DNA of 64,000 nucleotides from Eubacteriales bacterium (GCA_045541455.1 JAZQJA010000046.1:1180-65179), one strand, 5' to 3'; shown: positions 26,466 through 36,953, numbered from the stretch's first letter. Notes: generated from the letters alone by a model not told the origin. Numbers and translations are program-made.

Positions 26466-27569
26466 TCATTTTGAAACAGAATTTTCTTCACTTGTTTCAA
26501 GAATAAAATTTTCGATTTTTTTAGCGGCGACATCTGTATCGTAAAGATAATACCAAACACCATCAACATATCCGCCATAATCAAGGTCAGATGTTGGAAT
26601 ACCCAGAGTTTCGAATTTGAGAGACCCCATATTCGATAATGCCCATGTACCAAGCGATAACAGTTGTGCATTTGAAAGGGATGTTGAACACTCGTCTAAA
26701 ACAAGGCTGATAAGTTCAGGGTACTTAAGCGGATTTAAAGTTTTAACATCTTCATACATTGCCATAAGAACTTCGCGCTGACGTTCGCCGCGCATTACAT
26801 CACCGCCGACATAACGAACCCTGCAATAAGCCACAGCCTGACCGCCGGAGAGATGCTGCATACCTGTTGTAGCAATAGGCTCACACTCAACACCGATATT
26901 TTGCATATAGGGTATATAGTTTTTATTAATAACTGCACGTTCTTGCTCATCAACATCTATATCGACACCGCCGAGATAATCAATTATTTTTGCAAGAGCC
27001 CAGAAATTTGCAGTAACATAACTTGTAACATTAAGGTTAAATGCATTATTAATTGTTTTCAGTGCAAGTTTTGCACCGTCAACAATTTCACCGGTTTTAT
27101 TCCAACCGTATGCAAATGCGTGGTTAAGCTTGTCCTCACCATACCCCTCGATAGGTACACGGGTATCACGAGCAATAGAGGTCATTTTTATCTTGGTATG
27201 TTTTTTATCGACAGTAATAAGCATAATTGAATCAGAACGGCTGATTTCAGACATATCCCTAGAGTCGATACCAAACAACATTATATTTATAATATCCTGA
27301 TTGCCGTATACATCAATAGCAGTATCCGGCACATCAACCTCATGGCTGTCAATAACCTCCCTGTCTATCTTTCCAAGATAAACATTTGCTATAACCGTTA
27401 AAACAAGTGAACAAACTAAAATACAACACAAAAAAGATGTAAAGAATAAAGCGAGCCATCTTTTAAGTGCACCATTTTTTTTATAAAAGCTTTTTTTGTA
27501 AAAATTATGCGTATTAATCCAGCTTTTAAAACCTTTAAAACACGCCTGAAGCTTTGTTGAAAGTGACAT
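26466..27569 (-). CDS. LytR-CpsA-Psr (LCP) family protein
   Basis: INIMLFGIDSRD, RSDSIMLITVD and IARDTRV motifs. N-terminal TM helix. AAGAGGAAA RBS before ATG 27569. Confidence 0.88.
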   Translation of the reverse strand: MSLSTKLQACFKGFKSWINTHNFYKKSFYKKNGALKRWLALFFTSFLCCILVCSLVLTVIANVYLGKIDREVIDSHEVDVPDTAIDVYGNQDIINIMLFGIDSRDMSEISRSDSIMLITVDKKHTKIKMTSIARDTRVPIEGYGEDKLNHAFAYGWNKTGEIVDGAKLALKTINNAFNLNVTSYVTANFWALAKIIDYLGGVDIDVDEQERAVINKNYIPYMQNIGVECEPIATTGMQHLSGGQAVAYCRVRYVGGDVMRGERQREVLMAMYEDVKTLNPLKYPELISLVLDECSTSLSNAQLLSLGTWALSNMGSLKFETLGIPTSDLDYGGYVDGVWYYLYDTDVAAKKIENFILETSEENSVSK

Positions 27570-27644
27570 TTTGTTTCCTCTTAATATATTTATTGTCAGC
27601 CCAATTATAACGCAGATACCATTTAAAGTCAATAGACTTATGCC

Positions 27645-27679
27645 ATTAAAGGTGCACGCTCTAAGCGTGCACCTTTAAT
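27645..27679 (-). other. 16-bp perfect hairpin downstream of the small-ORF operon
   Basis: ATTAAAGGTGCACGCT-CTA-AGCGTGCACCTTTAAT. There is no clear U-tract on the minus strand. Confidence 0.45.
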
Positions 27680-27689
27680 ATAGATTTTT

Positions 27690-27923
27690 TTAAGATATCA
27701 ATACATATACAAGTGCAAGTACAAGCGGTATATCTGCTTTACCTTTATCGCTTAACAACAATATAATTATACCCAAAATTAACAGGTCATCAGGGGGCAA
27801 AGAAAAAGTTAACCCGCTTCGCGTTTTTTTAACATCAACCGCAGAAGCTTCAACATCAATATCAGGGGGCGGCAAAACTTCACCTTTATGCTTTACTGCA
27901 TAAAGCTGACCGTCACTTTTCAA
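27690..27923 (-). CDS. Small hypothetical protein with a C-terminal hydrophobic helix
   Basis: The ORF has no ATG. The likely TTG start at 27923 lies 7 nt after GAGGGAGG. The tail reads DDLLILGIIILLLSDKGKADIPLVLALVYVLIS. Overlaps the upstream ORF's stop. Confidence 0.45.
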   Translation of the reverse strand: MKSDGQLYAVKHKGEVLPPPDIDVEASAVDVKKTRSGLTFSLPPDDLLILGIIILLLSDKGKADIPLVLALVYVLIS

Positions 27924-28251
27924 AATCGCCACCTCCCTCTTTAAACATATCAACCAACCATAACATACGTAAGATTTCTATCGCCTCATCTACACGCCGT
28001 CGGCGGTGGTGAGATATGTAGGGTTTTAAATCACAGAGCAACCGAGTGCGGTCATCATTTTGTTTGCCGTTCATTTTTTGCATAGCGCTGGTTATTTTTA
28101 ACATCATTTTAGGGTCGATGTTGAATTTGCTCAGTTCGTCTTGTTCTGCTTTTGGCGGGGGAGGTTTTTCTTCCCCGACAAGTGAGCGCAATTTACTTAC
28201 AGTAGAAGGGTCATCTAAAAGCCCTTTTATCATACTCTCAAGGTCTGACAC
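27913..28251 (-). CDS. Small hypothetical protein (PPPP linker, RRRR patch)
   Basis: 112-aa ORF with a GTG start 8 nt after the upstream stop. The motif DDRTRLLCDLKPYISHHRRRRVDEAIEILRML looks like a conserved helical domain, but I cannot name the family. Confidence 0.5.
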   Translation of the reverse strand: MSDLESMIKGLLDDPSTVSKLRSLVGEEKPPPPKAEQDELSKFNIDPKMMLKITSAMQKMNGKQNDDRTRLLCDLKPYISHHRRRRVDEAIEILRMLWLVDMFKEGGGDFEK

Positions 28252-28259
28252 GGTATTTA

Positions 28260-28535
28260 TTACCCCAAAATCTCATTGATCTTTGCTTTTACATCGGGCT
28301 TATCAATAAATTTAAGCAAATCCTCTTTACTACTTGCATTTGACAAAAGTTTATTAATATCGACATTTTCAAGGTGGCTTTCAAGTTCGGCTTTTCCACT
28401 TTTTGCAGTTACCATTTTTTTAAGTTTTTTCTTTTGCGAATCGCTAAGAGCACTATCAAGAGTGTCAAGCAATTCGTTTTTTTTATTTTTATCCATAGCC
28501 TTAATTTCATTCATAAGTTTTTCAAAATTATCCAT
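28260..28535 (-). CDS. Small Lys-rich helical hypothetical protein
   Basis: 91-aa ORF, first gene of three coupled small ORFs. Divergent from yfcE. Confidence 0.5.
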   Translation of the reverse strand: MDNFEKLMNEIKAMDKNKKNELLDTLDSALSDSQKKKLKKMVTAKSGKAELESHLENVDINKLLSNASSKEDLLKFIDKPDVKAKINEILG

Positions 28536-28592
28536 AATATCACGCCTTTCTTTATATTTTATGTAAAGCCTTTAAATTGGATACCATTTTTC

Positions 28593-28621
28593 TTGACGGC
28601 TGAAAGGAAAAATATTATAAT
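28593..28621 (+). promoter_or_regulatory. Putative sigma-A promoter of the yfcE operon
   Basis: TTGACG, 17 nt, TATAAT. Confidence 0.5.
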
Positions 28622-28649
28622 TAAATAATTAAATAAAGGGTGGTTAGAA

Positions 28650-29114
28650 GTGAAAATTCTTGTTTTGTCCGATTCGCACGGAAATGTCGGACTTATGCGC
28701 GACTTGTTTAGTTTAGATAATTACAGGGCTGTTATATTTTTAGGCGATGTTGTAAGAGATGCCGACCAGTTAGCAAGATATACAGGTGCAGTTCCTGTTT
28801 ACAAAGTGCGCGGCAACTGTGATTTTTTCGGGTGCACGGCTTATGAAACACAGTTTATTGAAATTGAGGGTAAGAAAATTTTTATGGCACACGGTCACAC
28901 TTACTCTGTCAAAGGCGGAATTGGTGCTTTTACTACCGCGGCACGTAAAATCGGGGCTGATATTGCGCTGTTTGGACACACTCATATACAGTACTATAAC
29001 TTAAGTGATGGAATGCATATTCTAAATCCCGGTGCAATTGCAAACGGAAAATATGCCGAGATAACAATACAAAACAACAATACTTCAATAGAATTGAGAA
29101 ACATTAATGACTAA
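28650..29114 (+). CDS. YfcE-family metallophosphoesterase
   Basis: MKILVLSDSHGN, GDVV, GNCD and GHTH motifs. GTG start after AAAGGGTGG. Confidence 0.88.
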   Translation: MKILVLSDSHGNVGLMRDLFSLDNYRAVIFLGDVVRDADQLARYTGAVPVYKVRGNCDFFGCTAYETQFIEIEGKKIFMAHGHTYSVKGGIGAFTTAARKIGADIALFGHTHIQYYNLSDGMHILNPGAIANGKYAEITIQNNNTSIELRNIND

Positions 29115-29484
29115 AGATGAAATTATAAGACAATACAATTCACTTGCTTTGGCATATATAGGCGATGCCGCCTACGAACTTGCAGTGCGAGAGCACATAC
29201 TGAAAAACGGAATTACGGTAAATGGTGAAATGCACCGTGCTGCAAAGCGATTTGTAAGTGCCGCAGCACAAACAGAAATGTTAAAAAAACTTACCGATGT
29301 ACTTACCGAAGACGAGGCGTCTGTTGTACGGCGTGGCAGAAACGCTAAGTCACATTCGCACCCAAAAAATGCTGATTTGTCTGACTATCACAATGCAACT
29401 GGATTTGAAGCTCTTTGGGGATACTTATATCTTTCGGGTGACACGCAAAGAATGAATGAGCTTTTTGAAATAATTGTAAAATAG
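29107..29484 (+). CDS. mrnC: Mini-ribonuclease 3
   Basis: LALAYIGDAAYELAVREHIL RNase III signature. 125 aa. Confidence 0.9.
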   Translation: MTKDEIIRQYNSLALAYIGDAAYELAVREHILKNGITVNGEMHRAAKRFVSAAAQTEMLKKLTDVLTEDEASVVRRGRNAKSHSHPKNADLSDYHNATGFEALWGYLYLSGDTQRMNELFEIIVK

Positions 29485-29515
29485 TTGTAAAAACTAAATT
29501 ACGGGAGTGATTTAG

Positions 29516-30376
29516 TTGAAAAGTTTTTTAAAAGACACACTAATGCTGATTGCCGGTGGTACACTGTTTGCTACGGGACTGTGCGTGTTTGCGGCACCTT
29601 CAAAAATACTTACAGGCGGCGCTTCTGGAATTGCAATTATTTTAAACAGTCTTTTTGATATACCTTTAGGGATCGGCATACTGCTTGTAAACATTCCCCT
29701 GATTACCGTTGCCTTTTTTGTATGTGGCAAACGCTATACTTTTAAAATACTTTATGCCACCATTGTTTTTTCAACAGTAATTGACGTTTTTGAAGTTTTA
29801 GTGTCTACACGATACAATTCAAACCCTTTGCTTTGTGCAATTTACGGCGGAATACTTACAGGACTTGGAATGTATACAGTGATGTCGCGCTCACTTGTAA
29901 CAGGCGGAAGCGACCTTTTGGCACTTATTATTGGCAGACTTAATCCCAAACAATCAATAACTATGCTGATTTTAATAATAGACGGCATTATTATAGCTTT
30001 AGGCGCTATTGTTTACAAAAGTCTTGAAACCGCGCTTTATTCAATGACACTGATTATCATTTTTACGCTTGTACTTGATAATTTCCTTCGTGGAAGAAGC
30101 AGAGGTAATATGTACTTTATTTTTTCTAAAAAAACAGATGCCATTAAAGATTGCATAAGTAAATTGGGCAGAGGTTTTAGCGTAAGTGAAATTTACGGCG
30201 GATATACAGGTGAAAAAAGCAAAATGATTATCTGTGCGGTTTCTAACGGACAATCGGCGCTTTTACGCAGCGCTGTATTTGAGGCTGACAATCAGGCTTT
30301 TGTAATAATAGCAGCAGCAGACAGTGTTTACGGAAACGGATTTATCACACCAAAAAAAGAGGATATATTTAAATGA
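29516..30376 (+). CDS. YitT-family membrane protein (DUF2179 C-domain)
   Basis: Repeated TM hairpins with a GG.SG motif and a soluble C-terminal domain. TTG start after GGGAG. Confidence 0.8.
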   Translation: MKSFLKDTLMLIAGGTLFATGLCVFAAPSKILTGGASGIAIILNSLFDIPLGIGILLVNIPLITVAFFVCGKRYTFKILYATIVFSTVIDVFEVLVSTRYNSNPLLCAIYGGILTGLGMYTVMSRSLVTGGSDLLALIIGRLNPKQSITMLILIIDGIIIALGAIVYKSLETALYSMTLIIIFTLVLDNFLRGRSRGNMYFIFSKKTDAIKDCISKLGRGFSVSEIYGGYTGEKSKMIICAVSNGQSALLRSAVFEADNQAFVIIAAADSVYGNGFITPKKEDIFK

Positions 30377-31656
30377 TTGAGTATTTAAAAAACATAGTTG
30401 ATTTGTCCGAATATGTGGGTACTGACGCTTTTTGCGGCGTTAGAGTAAATCCATTAAAGCTTACAAAAGAAAAGTTTGAAAAACACGCATCTATCGATTT
30501 ATCGCCCTGTGATTTTTTTAAGTACGGTTACTACGTAAAGGGCGATATATCGGGAAATCACCCTTTACACATAGGCGGCGGGTGTTACATACAAGAACCA
30601 AGCGCTATGAGTGCCGTCACAGCGCTTGATATACAAAAAGATGATATTGTTTTAGATGCATGTGCAGCGCCGGGTTCTAAAGCTACAGCAATTGCACCTA
30701 TGTGCAAAATACTTGTAGCAAATGAATTTAGCAAAAGCAGAGTGCAAGCACTTATAGGCAATATTGAACGGCTTGGAATTTCAAATGCGCTTGTATTAAA
30801 TTCTGACACTGACGCGCTTGCCTGCGCTTTTGAAGGGTATTTTGACAAAGTACTTGTTGATAGTCCATGCTCAGGCGAAGGTATGTTCAGAAAACACCCA
30901 TCGGTGATTGAAAACTGGACACCGCAGCTCGTTGATATGTGTGCCAAACGGTCGGCACAGGTTTTGGACAACGCTGCAAAGACATTAAAAGCCGGCGGGC
31001 GATTAGTTTACAGCACCTGCACTTATAACCTTGAAGAAAACGAAAAAGTTATACTCTCATTTTTACAAAACCACCCCGATTTTGAAATAGTTGACACGGG
31101 GCTTGAATTTGGCAAAAGCGGATTTTTAGGGCTTACAAAAGCACGAAGAATTTTTATAGAAGACGGCGGAGAAGGACATTTTGTATGTGCCCTAAAGCGT
31201 ACCGGTTCGGTTTTTACAAAAAATGTAAAGGCTTTTAAATTAAAAAACAATTTTAACTTTTTAGAAAAAATTGTCGACATCCCACCAATATTTTTAGGAG
31301 AGCAAAACAACTTTGGCGTGCTTGATTTTCAAGGCTGTAAATACGCCGTACCGGACATAATGCCAAATCCGCAAGGAGTTAGAATTATGCGCGCGGGAGT
31401 GAAACTGGGAACAGAGCAAAAAAATGTTTTCAAACCGGAACATCATCTGTTTATGGCGGCAAATCCACAATGCATTTTAAACAAAATTGAAGTTGACAAA
31501 GACGGATTTGACAAATTTATGCGCGGTGATATTTTACAGTGTAACAGTGAAATGAAAGGATTTTGCGCCATTATGTTTTACGGACTCGTTATAGGGTTTG
31601 GCAAAGCGTCCGGCGGGGTGTGCAAAAACCATTTACCGCAGGGGTTAAGGATATAA
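30373..31656 (+). CDS. RsmB/RsmF-family rRNA cytosine-C5 methyltransferase
   Basis: DACAAPGSKAT SAM site. DSPCSGEGMFRK and YSTCT catalytic Cys motifs. Confidence 0.88.
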   Translation: MIEYLKNIVDLSEYVGTDAFCGVRVNPLKLTKEKFEKHASIDLSPCDFFKYGYYVKGDISGNHPLHIGGGCYIQEPSAMSAVTALDIQKDDIVLDACAAPGSKATAIAPMCKILVANEFSKSRVQALIGNIERLGISNALVLNSDTDALACAFEGYFDKVLVDSPCSGEGMFRKHPSVIENWTPQLVDMCAKRSAQVLDNAAKTLKAGGRLVYSTCTYNLEENEKVILSFLQNHPDFEIVDTGLEFGKSGFLGLTKARRIFIEDGGEGHFVCALKRTGSVFTKNVKAFKLKNNFNFLEKIVDIPPIFLGEQNNFGVLDFQGCKYAVPDIMPNPQGVRIMRAGVKLGTEQKNVFKPEHHLFMAANPQCILNKIEVDKDGFDKFMRGDILQCNSEMKGFCAIMFYGLVIGFGKASGGVCKNHLPQGLRI

Positions 31657-31709
31657 CTTCCATTGATTTGAACTTATTATAATGGTATACTTTTTTGGGG
31701 TGATTAGGA

Positions 31710-32834
31710 ATGAAAAAAAGATTTACGGCATTTATTTTAGCAATTATTTTAATGCTTGGCATTAATGTTGTTGCAAACGCTAACAGTATAACAGTCAGCA
31801 TAAGTGATGCAAATTCGTTTAAATCTACAAACCTTTCTGGCAACACCCTCATCTTTGATGCAGGTGCGTTTGCCGCAGTACAGTATAATATTACTTACGA
31901 AGCGCTGAGTGCTTTTCATTATGACAGTGACATTAAATACTATACATTTAAGCACGGTAATTTTTCAGTACGGGTTGACAAAAACGGATATTTTGATTTT
32001 GGCATAAATGGTATACGTTTTACAGTTTCAAACTGTTTATTTAATGCAGAGTTTGTTAAAACCGACAATACATATATGCCGATTATAAAAACCAAAACGG
32101 AAAACAGATACACCGTTTATGACAGTAGTATAACCGAACTTTTTACAGCAAAAGTAAACGACACTATTGTAAGTTGTAAAGACAATAAAAACGGTGTACT
32201 GATATTTGACACACAACTTTTAGGCGCCGTGACAATATTTGAGTTTAAATTTGAAGATGTGTCAGACATCAATAAGTGGTATTATTCATATATTAACAAA
32301 GCAGGTGCATACGGTATTATGAACGGTATGGGCGAAAACAAGTTTGAGCCGCAAACCAACATAACCCGTGCACAACTTGCAACAATGCTTGTGCGTGTTA
32401 CCGAAGATCTTATCAGTTTTGACATTAACGAAAATATAAAGTTTGATGATGTCAAAAATGAAACATGGTTCAGTGAATATGTGTTAAAATGCGCGTCGGC
32501 AGGTCTTATGATTGGCAGAGAAAGCACAAAATTTGAGCCGACACAAAATGCAACGCGGCAAGAGATTGCAACAGTTATCGCAAGAACTCTTAGAATTTTA
32601 GGTACACACGGCGGCGCGGCATTGCCCGTAATTGATGACAGCACCTATCAAAATGAACTTGCAAATATTTTTAAAGACAGCAGCAAAATTCAAAACTGGG
32701 CAAAAAAAGATGTTTTGTTTTGTCACAAGTTAGGAATAATGGTAGGTGACAGTGAAGGATTTAGGCCGTTAGATAAAATCACTCGTGCAGAGTGTGCTAA
32801 AATTTTCTGGCTTGTATATTCGGAAAATGTTTAA
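31710..32834 (+). CDS. Secreted protein with C-terminal S-layer-homology (SLH) repeats
   Basis: Signal peptide, and three SLH-like repeats (F.P....TRA..A). Confidence 0.8.
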   Translation: MKKRFTAFILAIILMLGINVVANANSITVSISDANSFKSTNLSGNTLIFDAGAFAAVQYNITYEALSAFHYDSDIKYYTFKHGNFSVRVDKNGYFDFGINGIRFTVSNCLFNAEFVKTDNTYMPIIKTKTENRYTVYDSSITELFTAKVNDTIVSCKDNKNGVLIFDTQLLGAVTIFEFKFEDVSDINKWYYSYINKAGAYGIMNGMGENKFEPQTNITRAQLATMLVRVTEDLISFDINENIKFDDVKNETWFSEYVLKCASAGLMIGRESTKFEPTQNATRQEIATVIARTLRILGTHGGAALPVIDDSTYQNELANIFKDSSKIQNWAKKDVLFCHKLGIMVGDSEGFRPLDKITRAECAKIFWLVYSENV

Positions 32835-32898
32835 AAATAGTTGAAATGATTAATTATTGGTGTTACAATTAATATATTAATAATAAGGGAGAATAGTT

Positions 32899-33294
32899 AT
32901 GGCTTTTTGCAAAAATTGTGGAAATCAAATGGAAGATATTGCGGCTGTATGTGTTAAATGCGGAACAGCAAAAGGACAGGGCAACTCTTTTTGCCCTAAT
33001 TGTGCAAATCCTACACCTAACGGAATGGCTTTTTGCACCTCGTGCGGTGTGGCACTTAATACTGCTCCTGCATCAACCAGTAAATCAAAACTCACAGCAG
33101 GTCTTCTCGGATTGTTTTTAGGCGGTTGGGGTGTGCATAACTTTTATCTTGGATACACCGGCAAAGCTGTAGCTCAGCTCGTACTCACCATTTTCACTTG
33201 CGGAGTTGCAAGCGTTTGGGGCTTTATTGAGGGTATCCTTATATTGTGCGGTAACATTAACACCGACGGCAACGGCAACCCGCTCTCAGAATAA
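32899..33294 (+). CDS. Zinc-ribbon plus TM2-domain membrane protein
   Basis: Three CxxC pairs at the N-terminus. TM2 motif GLLGLFLGGWGVHNFYLGYTGKAVAQL. Confidence 0.8.
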   Translation: MAFCKNCGNQMEDIAAVCVKCGTAKGQGNSFCPNCANPTPNGMAFCTSCGVALNTAPASTSKSKLTAGLLGLFLGGWGVHNFYLGYTGKAVAQLVLTIFTCGVASVWGFIEGILILCGNINTDGNGNPLSE

Positions 33295-33304
33295 TAAACA
33301 CAAA

Positions 33305-33342
33305 GCGGCGGACCTTAAATCAGGTATCCGCCGCAATTTTTT
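33305..33342 (+). terminator. Intrinsic terminator
   Basis: GCGGCGGA...TCCGCCGC stem followed by AATTTTTT. Confidence 0.65.
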
Positions 33343-33345
33343 AAA

Positions 33346-33672
33346 ATGAAAAAGTATATTTACAGATTGGCTTTTACGGTAATCTTTATTACCGTTGCAG
33401 TTTTATTATACAAATTTAACATTGGTTGTCCTGTCAAATCTTTGATAGGTATTTGCTGCCCCTCCTGTGGTATGACAAGGGCATGCCTTTGTGCACTGCG
33501 GTTTGATTTTATAAACGCTTTTTATTATCACCCGCTGTTTATTTTAACTCCGGTTGTATGGCTTTTATTTATTTTTTATGACAAACTTAGCAAAAAGACA
33601 GCAGTTACAATCGGGGTTTCATTTTTAGCAGTATTTTTAGGAGTTTACTTTTTAAGACTGCTTGTTTTTTAA
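33346..33672 (+). CDS. DUF2752 membrane protein
   Basis: CPSCGMTRA motif and 3 TM helices. This family is often found next to TM2-domain genes. Confidence 0.75.
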   Translation: MKKYIYRLAFTVIFITVAVLLYKFNIGCPVKSLIGICCPSCGMTRACLCALRFDFINAFYYHPLFILTPVVWLLFIFYDKLSKKTAVTIGVSFLAVFLGVYFLRLLVF

Positions 33673-33697
33673 ATTCCTATTCAGAAAGGCAAATAAA

Positions 33698-34705
33698 ATG
33701 GACAAACTAATAATCCCCAAGGATTACAAACCCGCGCTTGATATTTTTGAAACTCAGCGCGCAATAAAAATAGTCAAAGACACTTTTGAGCGTGTGCTTT
33801 CATCGGCACTCGGTCTTGACCGTGTTACAGCTCCTGTTATCGTGCGTGCCGACAGTGGTATAAACGACGACCTTAACGGTGTTGAGCGTAAAGTACATTT
33901 CACAATGAAGCAGGTTGGCGGCGAGGCAGAAATTGTGCAATCGCTTGCTAAATGGAAACGAATGGCGCTTATGCGGTATGATTTTCATACCGGCAAAGGA
34001 TTATATACCGATATGAGTGCTGTGCGCCGTGATGATGACGCGGATAATCTACACTCCATTTACGTTGACCAATGGGATTGGGAAAAAATAATAACCAAAG
34101 AAGATCGGACACTTGATTATCTAAAGGAAACTGTAGTTAGAATTGTCCGTGCTGTTTGTGCAACACACCTAACTGTAAAGGCGCGCTATCCTCAACTTAC
34201 TCACACAACAAACGAAACACCGTTTTTTGTGACAACACAACAGTTATTTGATATGTACCCAACGCTTACAGCCAAAGAGCGCGAAAATGAAATTACCAAA
34301 AAGCACCGTACGGTATTTATTATGAAAATCGGCGACAAACTTGCAAACGGCGAAAAGCACGACGGCAGGGCACCCGACTATGATGATTGGACACTAAACG
34401 GTGACTTACTTATGTGGAGTGATGTTTTAGGTTGTGCGGTAGAATTGTCATCCATGGGCATACGTGTCGACCAAAATGCTCTTATGCGTCAACTTAAAGA
34501 AGCCGGCTGTGAAGACCGAATGAAATACCGCTATCACCAAATGGTTGCAAGCGGCGAATTGCCACTTACAATCGGCGGTGGCATCGGCCAATCGCGGCTG
34601 TGTATGCTAATGCTTGAAAAAGCACATATCGGCGAAGTTCAGGCATCTATCTGGCCGCAGGAAATGGAAGACTGCTGTAAAGACAGCGGAATAGTATTAC
34701 TGTAA
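33698..34705 (+). CDS. asnA: Aspartate-ammonia ligase (asparagine synthetase A)
   Basis: MDKLIIPKDYKPALDIFETQRAIK N-terminus and class-II aaRS-like core (GGGIGQSRLCMLML). The start is set at Met13 of the tracked ORF. Confidence 0.92.
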   Translation: MDKLIIPKDYKPALDIFETQRAIKIVKDTFERVLSSALGLDRVTAPVIVRADSGINDDLNGVERKVHFTMKQVGGEAEIVQSLAKWKRMALMRYDFHTGKGLYTDMSAVRRDDDADNLHSIYVDQWDWEKIITKEDRTLDYLKETVVRIVRAVCATHLTVKARYPQLTHTTNETPFFVTTQQLFDMYPTLTAKERENEITKKHRTVFIMKIGDKLANGEKHDGRAPDYDDWTLNGDLLMWSDVLGCAVELSSMGIRVDQNALMRQLKEAGCEDRMKYRYHQMVASGELPLTIGGGIGQSRLCMLMLEKAHIGEVQASIWPQEMEDCCKDSGIVLL

Positions 34706-34722
34706 AGGAGTATTGAAATACA

Positions 34723-35997
34723 ATGAATATAGAGACTAAATGTGTACAAGGCGGTTATACCGCAGGCAACGGTGAGCCAAGACAAATACCGATTATCCAG
34801 AGCACAACTTTCAAATACAACACAGGCACCGATATGGGCAAACTGTTTGACCTTGAGGCAAGCGGTTATTTTTACTCAAGACTGCAAAACCCTACCTGTG
34901 ATACCGTTGCAGCTAAAATTTGTGAACTTGAGGGTGGCAGCGCCGCAATGCTTACAGGTTCAGGTCAGGCTGCATCGTTTTATTCGATTTTTAATATTGC
35001 AGGATGCGGTGACCATATTGTATCGTCATCAAGTATTTACGGCGGTACGTTTAACTTGTTTAATGTAACAATGAGAAGAATGGGAATTGACTTTACTTTT
35101 GTTTCTCCTGACTGTACTGAGCAAGAACTTGAAGCAGCTTTCAAGCCTAACACAAAAGCTGTATTCGGTGAAACAATCGCTAACCCCGCTCTCACTGTTT
35201 TGGATATTGAAAAGTTTGCAAATGCAGCACACGCACACGGCTGCCCTTTAATTATTGACAACACATTTGCAACACCTGTTAATTGCCGTCCGTTTGAGTG
35301 GGGTGCTGACATTGTTACACATTCCACAACAAAATATCTTGACGGTCACGGTGCCGCTGTTGGCGGATGTATTGTTGATTCGGGTAAGTTTGATTGGACA
35401 AAATACCCTGACAAGTTTGCATGCCTTTGCACTCCTGATGAAAGTTACCACGGTGTTACCTACACTGAGCGGTTTGGACTTGAAGGTGCATATATCACAA
35501 AAGCCACTGCACAACTTATGCGTGACCTTGGCTCTGTCCAGTCACCACAGTCGGCATTTATTCTAAATTTGGGTATTGAGAGTTTACACGTGCGTATGAA
35601 ACAGCATTGCAAAAACGGGTTGGCGGTTGCAAAGTTTTTAAATTCGCATGATAAGATTGCGTGGGTTAAATACTGCGGACTTCCCAATGACAGCGACTAT
35701 GAACTTGCACAGAAATACTTACCCAACGGCTCGTGCGGTGTTGTAAGTTTTGGTGTTAAGGGTGGAAGAGACGCTGCTGAAAAGTTTATGGAAGGGCTTA
35801 AAATTGCAGCAATTGAAACACACGTTGCAGACGCACGCTCTTGCTGTTTACACCCCGCCAGCACAACACACCGTCAGATGAGTGATGATGAACTTGCCGC
35901 TGCAGGCGTTTCACCTGACCTGGTACGCTTTTCATGCGGTATTGAAAATACTGAAGACCTTATTGCCGATATTGAAGGGGCACTTGAAAAAATTTAA
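34723..35997 (+). CDS. metY: O-acetylhomoserine aminocarboxypropyltransferase (sulfhydrylase)
   Basis: Cys/Met-metabolism PLP enzyme. HSTTKYLDGHG PLP-lysine motif. 424 aa. Confidence 0.92.
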   Translation: MNIETKCVQGGYTAGNGEPRQIPIIQSTTFKYNTGTDMGKLFDLEASGYFYSRLQNPTCDTVAAKICELEGGSAAMLTGSGQAASFYSIFNIAGCGDHIVSSSSIYGGTFNLFNVTMRRMGIDFTFVSPDCTEQELEAAFKPNTKAVFGETIANPALTVLDIEKFANAAHAHGCPLIIDNTFATPVNCRPFEWGADIVTHSTTKYLDGHGAAVGGCIVDSGKFDWTKYPDKFACLCTPDESYHGVTYTERFGLEGAYITKATAQLMRDLGSVQSPQSAFILNLGIESLHVRMKQHCKNGLAVAKFLNSHDKIAWVKYCGLPNDSDYELAQKYLPNGSCGVVSFGVKGGRDAAEKFMEGLKIAAIETHVADARSCCLHPASTTHRQMSDDELAAAGVSPDLVRFSCGIENTEDLIADIEGALEKI

Positions 35998-36015
35998 CTA
36001 AGGGTGATAATTTAA

Positions 36016-36942
36016 ATGCCTATTAAAATACCTAACAAACTGCCTGCAGTTAAAACGCTTGCAGAGGAAAACATTTTTGTAATGACCGAAACACGCGCAA
36101 TAACTCAGGATATACGACCGATTAAAATTTTGGTTTTAAACCTTATGCCTACCAAAATTGAAACTGAGACTCAGCTTGCACGGTTGCTTGGTAATACACC
36201 GCTTCAGATTGAAATGGAGCTTATTCACACTGAAAGTTATAAATCCAAAAACATTTCACAAGAACATCTTTTATCTTTTTACAAGACATTTGATATGGTA
36301 CGCGACCAAAAGTTTGACGGTATGATTATAACCGGCGCACCGGTTGAAAAACTGCCGTTTGAACAAGTGGAGTACTGGAACGAACTTTGTGAAATAATGG
36401 AGTGGACCAAAACCCATGTGCACAGCACCTTTCACATTTGTTGGGGTGCACAGGCTGCGCTTTACTACCATTACGGCATAAACAAAGTACCTCTCGACAA
36501 AAAACTGTTTGGTGTTTACAAACACACAGTTGAATACAAGCGGGCAATTTTGTTTCGCGGGTTTGACGATGTGTTTATGGCGCCTCATTCACGCCACACA
36601 ACCGTTTTACGTGAGGATATAGAAAAAGTGCCAGACCTTAAAATTCTTGCTTCTTCTGAAAAAGCGGGCGTGTACGCACTAAAAAACAAAAGCGGTTCGC
36701 AAATTTTTGTGTTTGGTCATTCGGAATACGACGCTTTTACTTTAAACAACGAGTATATGCGCGATAAAAATTTAGGTCTTCCCATTGATGTGCCCGAAAA
36801 CTATTTTCCAAACGACGATGACACAAAAGCGCCGATTGTAAGTTGGCGCTCTCACGCAAATTTACTATATTCAAACTGGATGAACTATTTTGTTTATCAA
36901 ACTACACCGTTTGATATTACGAAAATCAAGACAGAAAAATAG
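36016..36942 (+). CDS. metA: Homoserine O-acyltransferase (MetA family)
   Basis: [11 protein letters not shown]-terminus, ILNLMP, and the catalytic Cys in [11 protein letters not shown]. Confidence 0.92.
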   Translation: MPIKIPNKLPAVKTLAEENIFVMTETRAITQDIRPIKILVLNLMPTKIETETQLARLLGNTPLQIEMELIHTESYKSKNISQEHLLSFYKTFDMVRDQKFDGMIITGAPVEKLPFEQVEYWNELCEIMEWTKTHVHSTFHICWGAQAALYYHYGINKVPLDKKLFGVYKHTVEYKRAILFRGFDDVFMAPHSRHTTVLREDIEKVPDLKILASSEKAGVYALKNKSGSQIFVFGHSEYDAFTLNNEYMRDKNLGLPIDVPENYFPNDDDTKAPIVSWRSHANLLYSNWMNYFVYQTTPFDITKIKTEK

Positions 36943-36953
36943 GGGAATTTTAA

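Noticed and set aside
34706-34722. Expected SAM riboswitch or T-box upstream of metY-metA, and a T-box upstream of cysK
   Set aside because: Only 17 nt separate asnA and metY, and 18 nt separate metY and metA. The regions upstream of asnA and cysK are too short and lack the specifier or SAM-I core motifs. No leader RNA was called.
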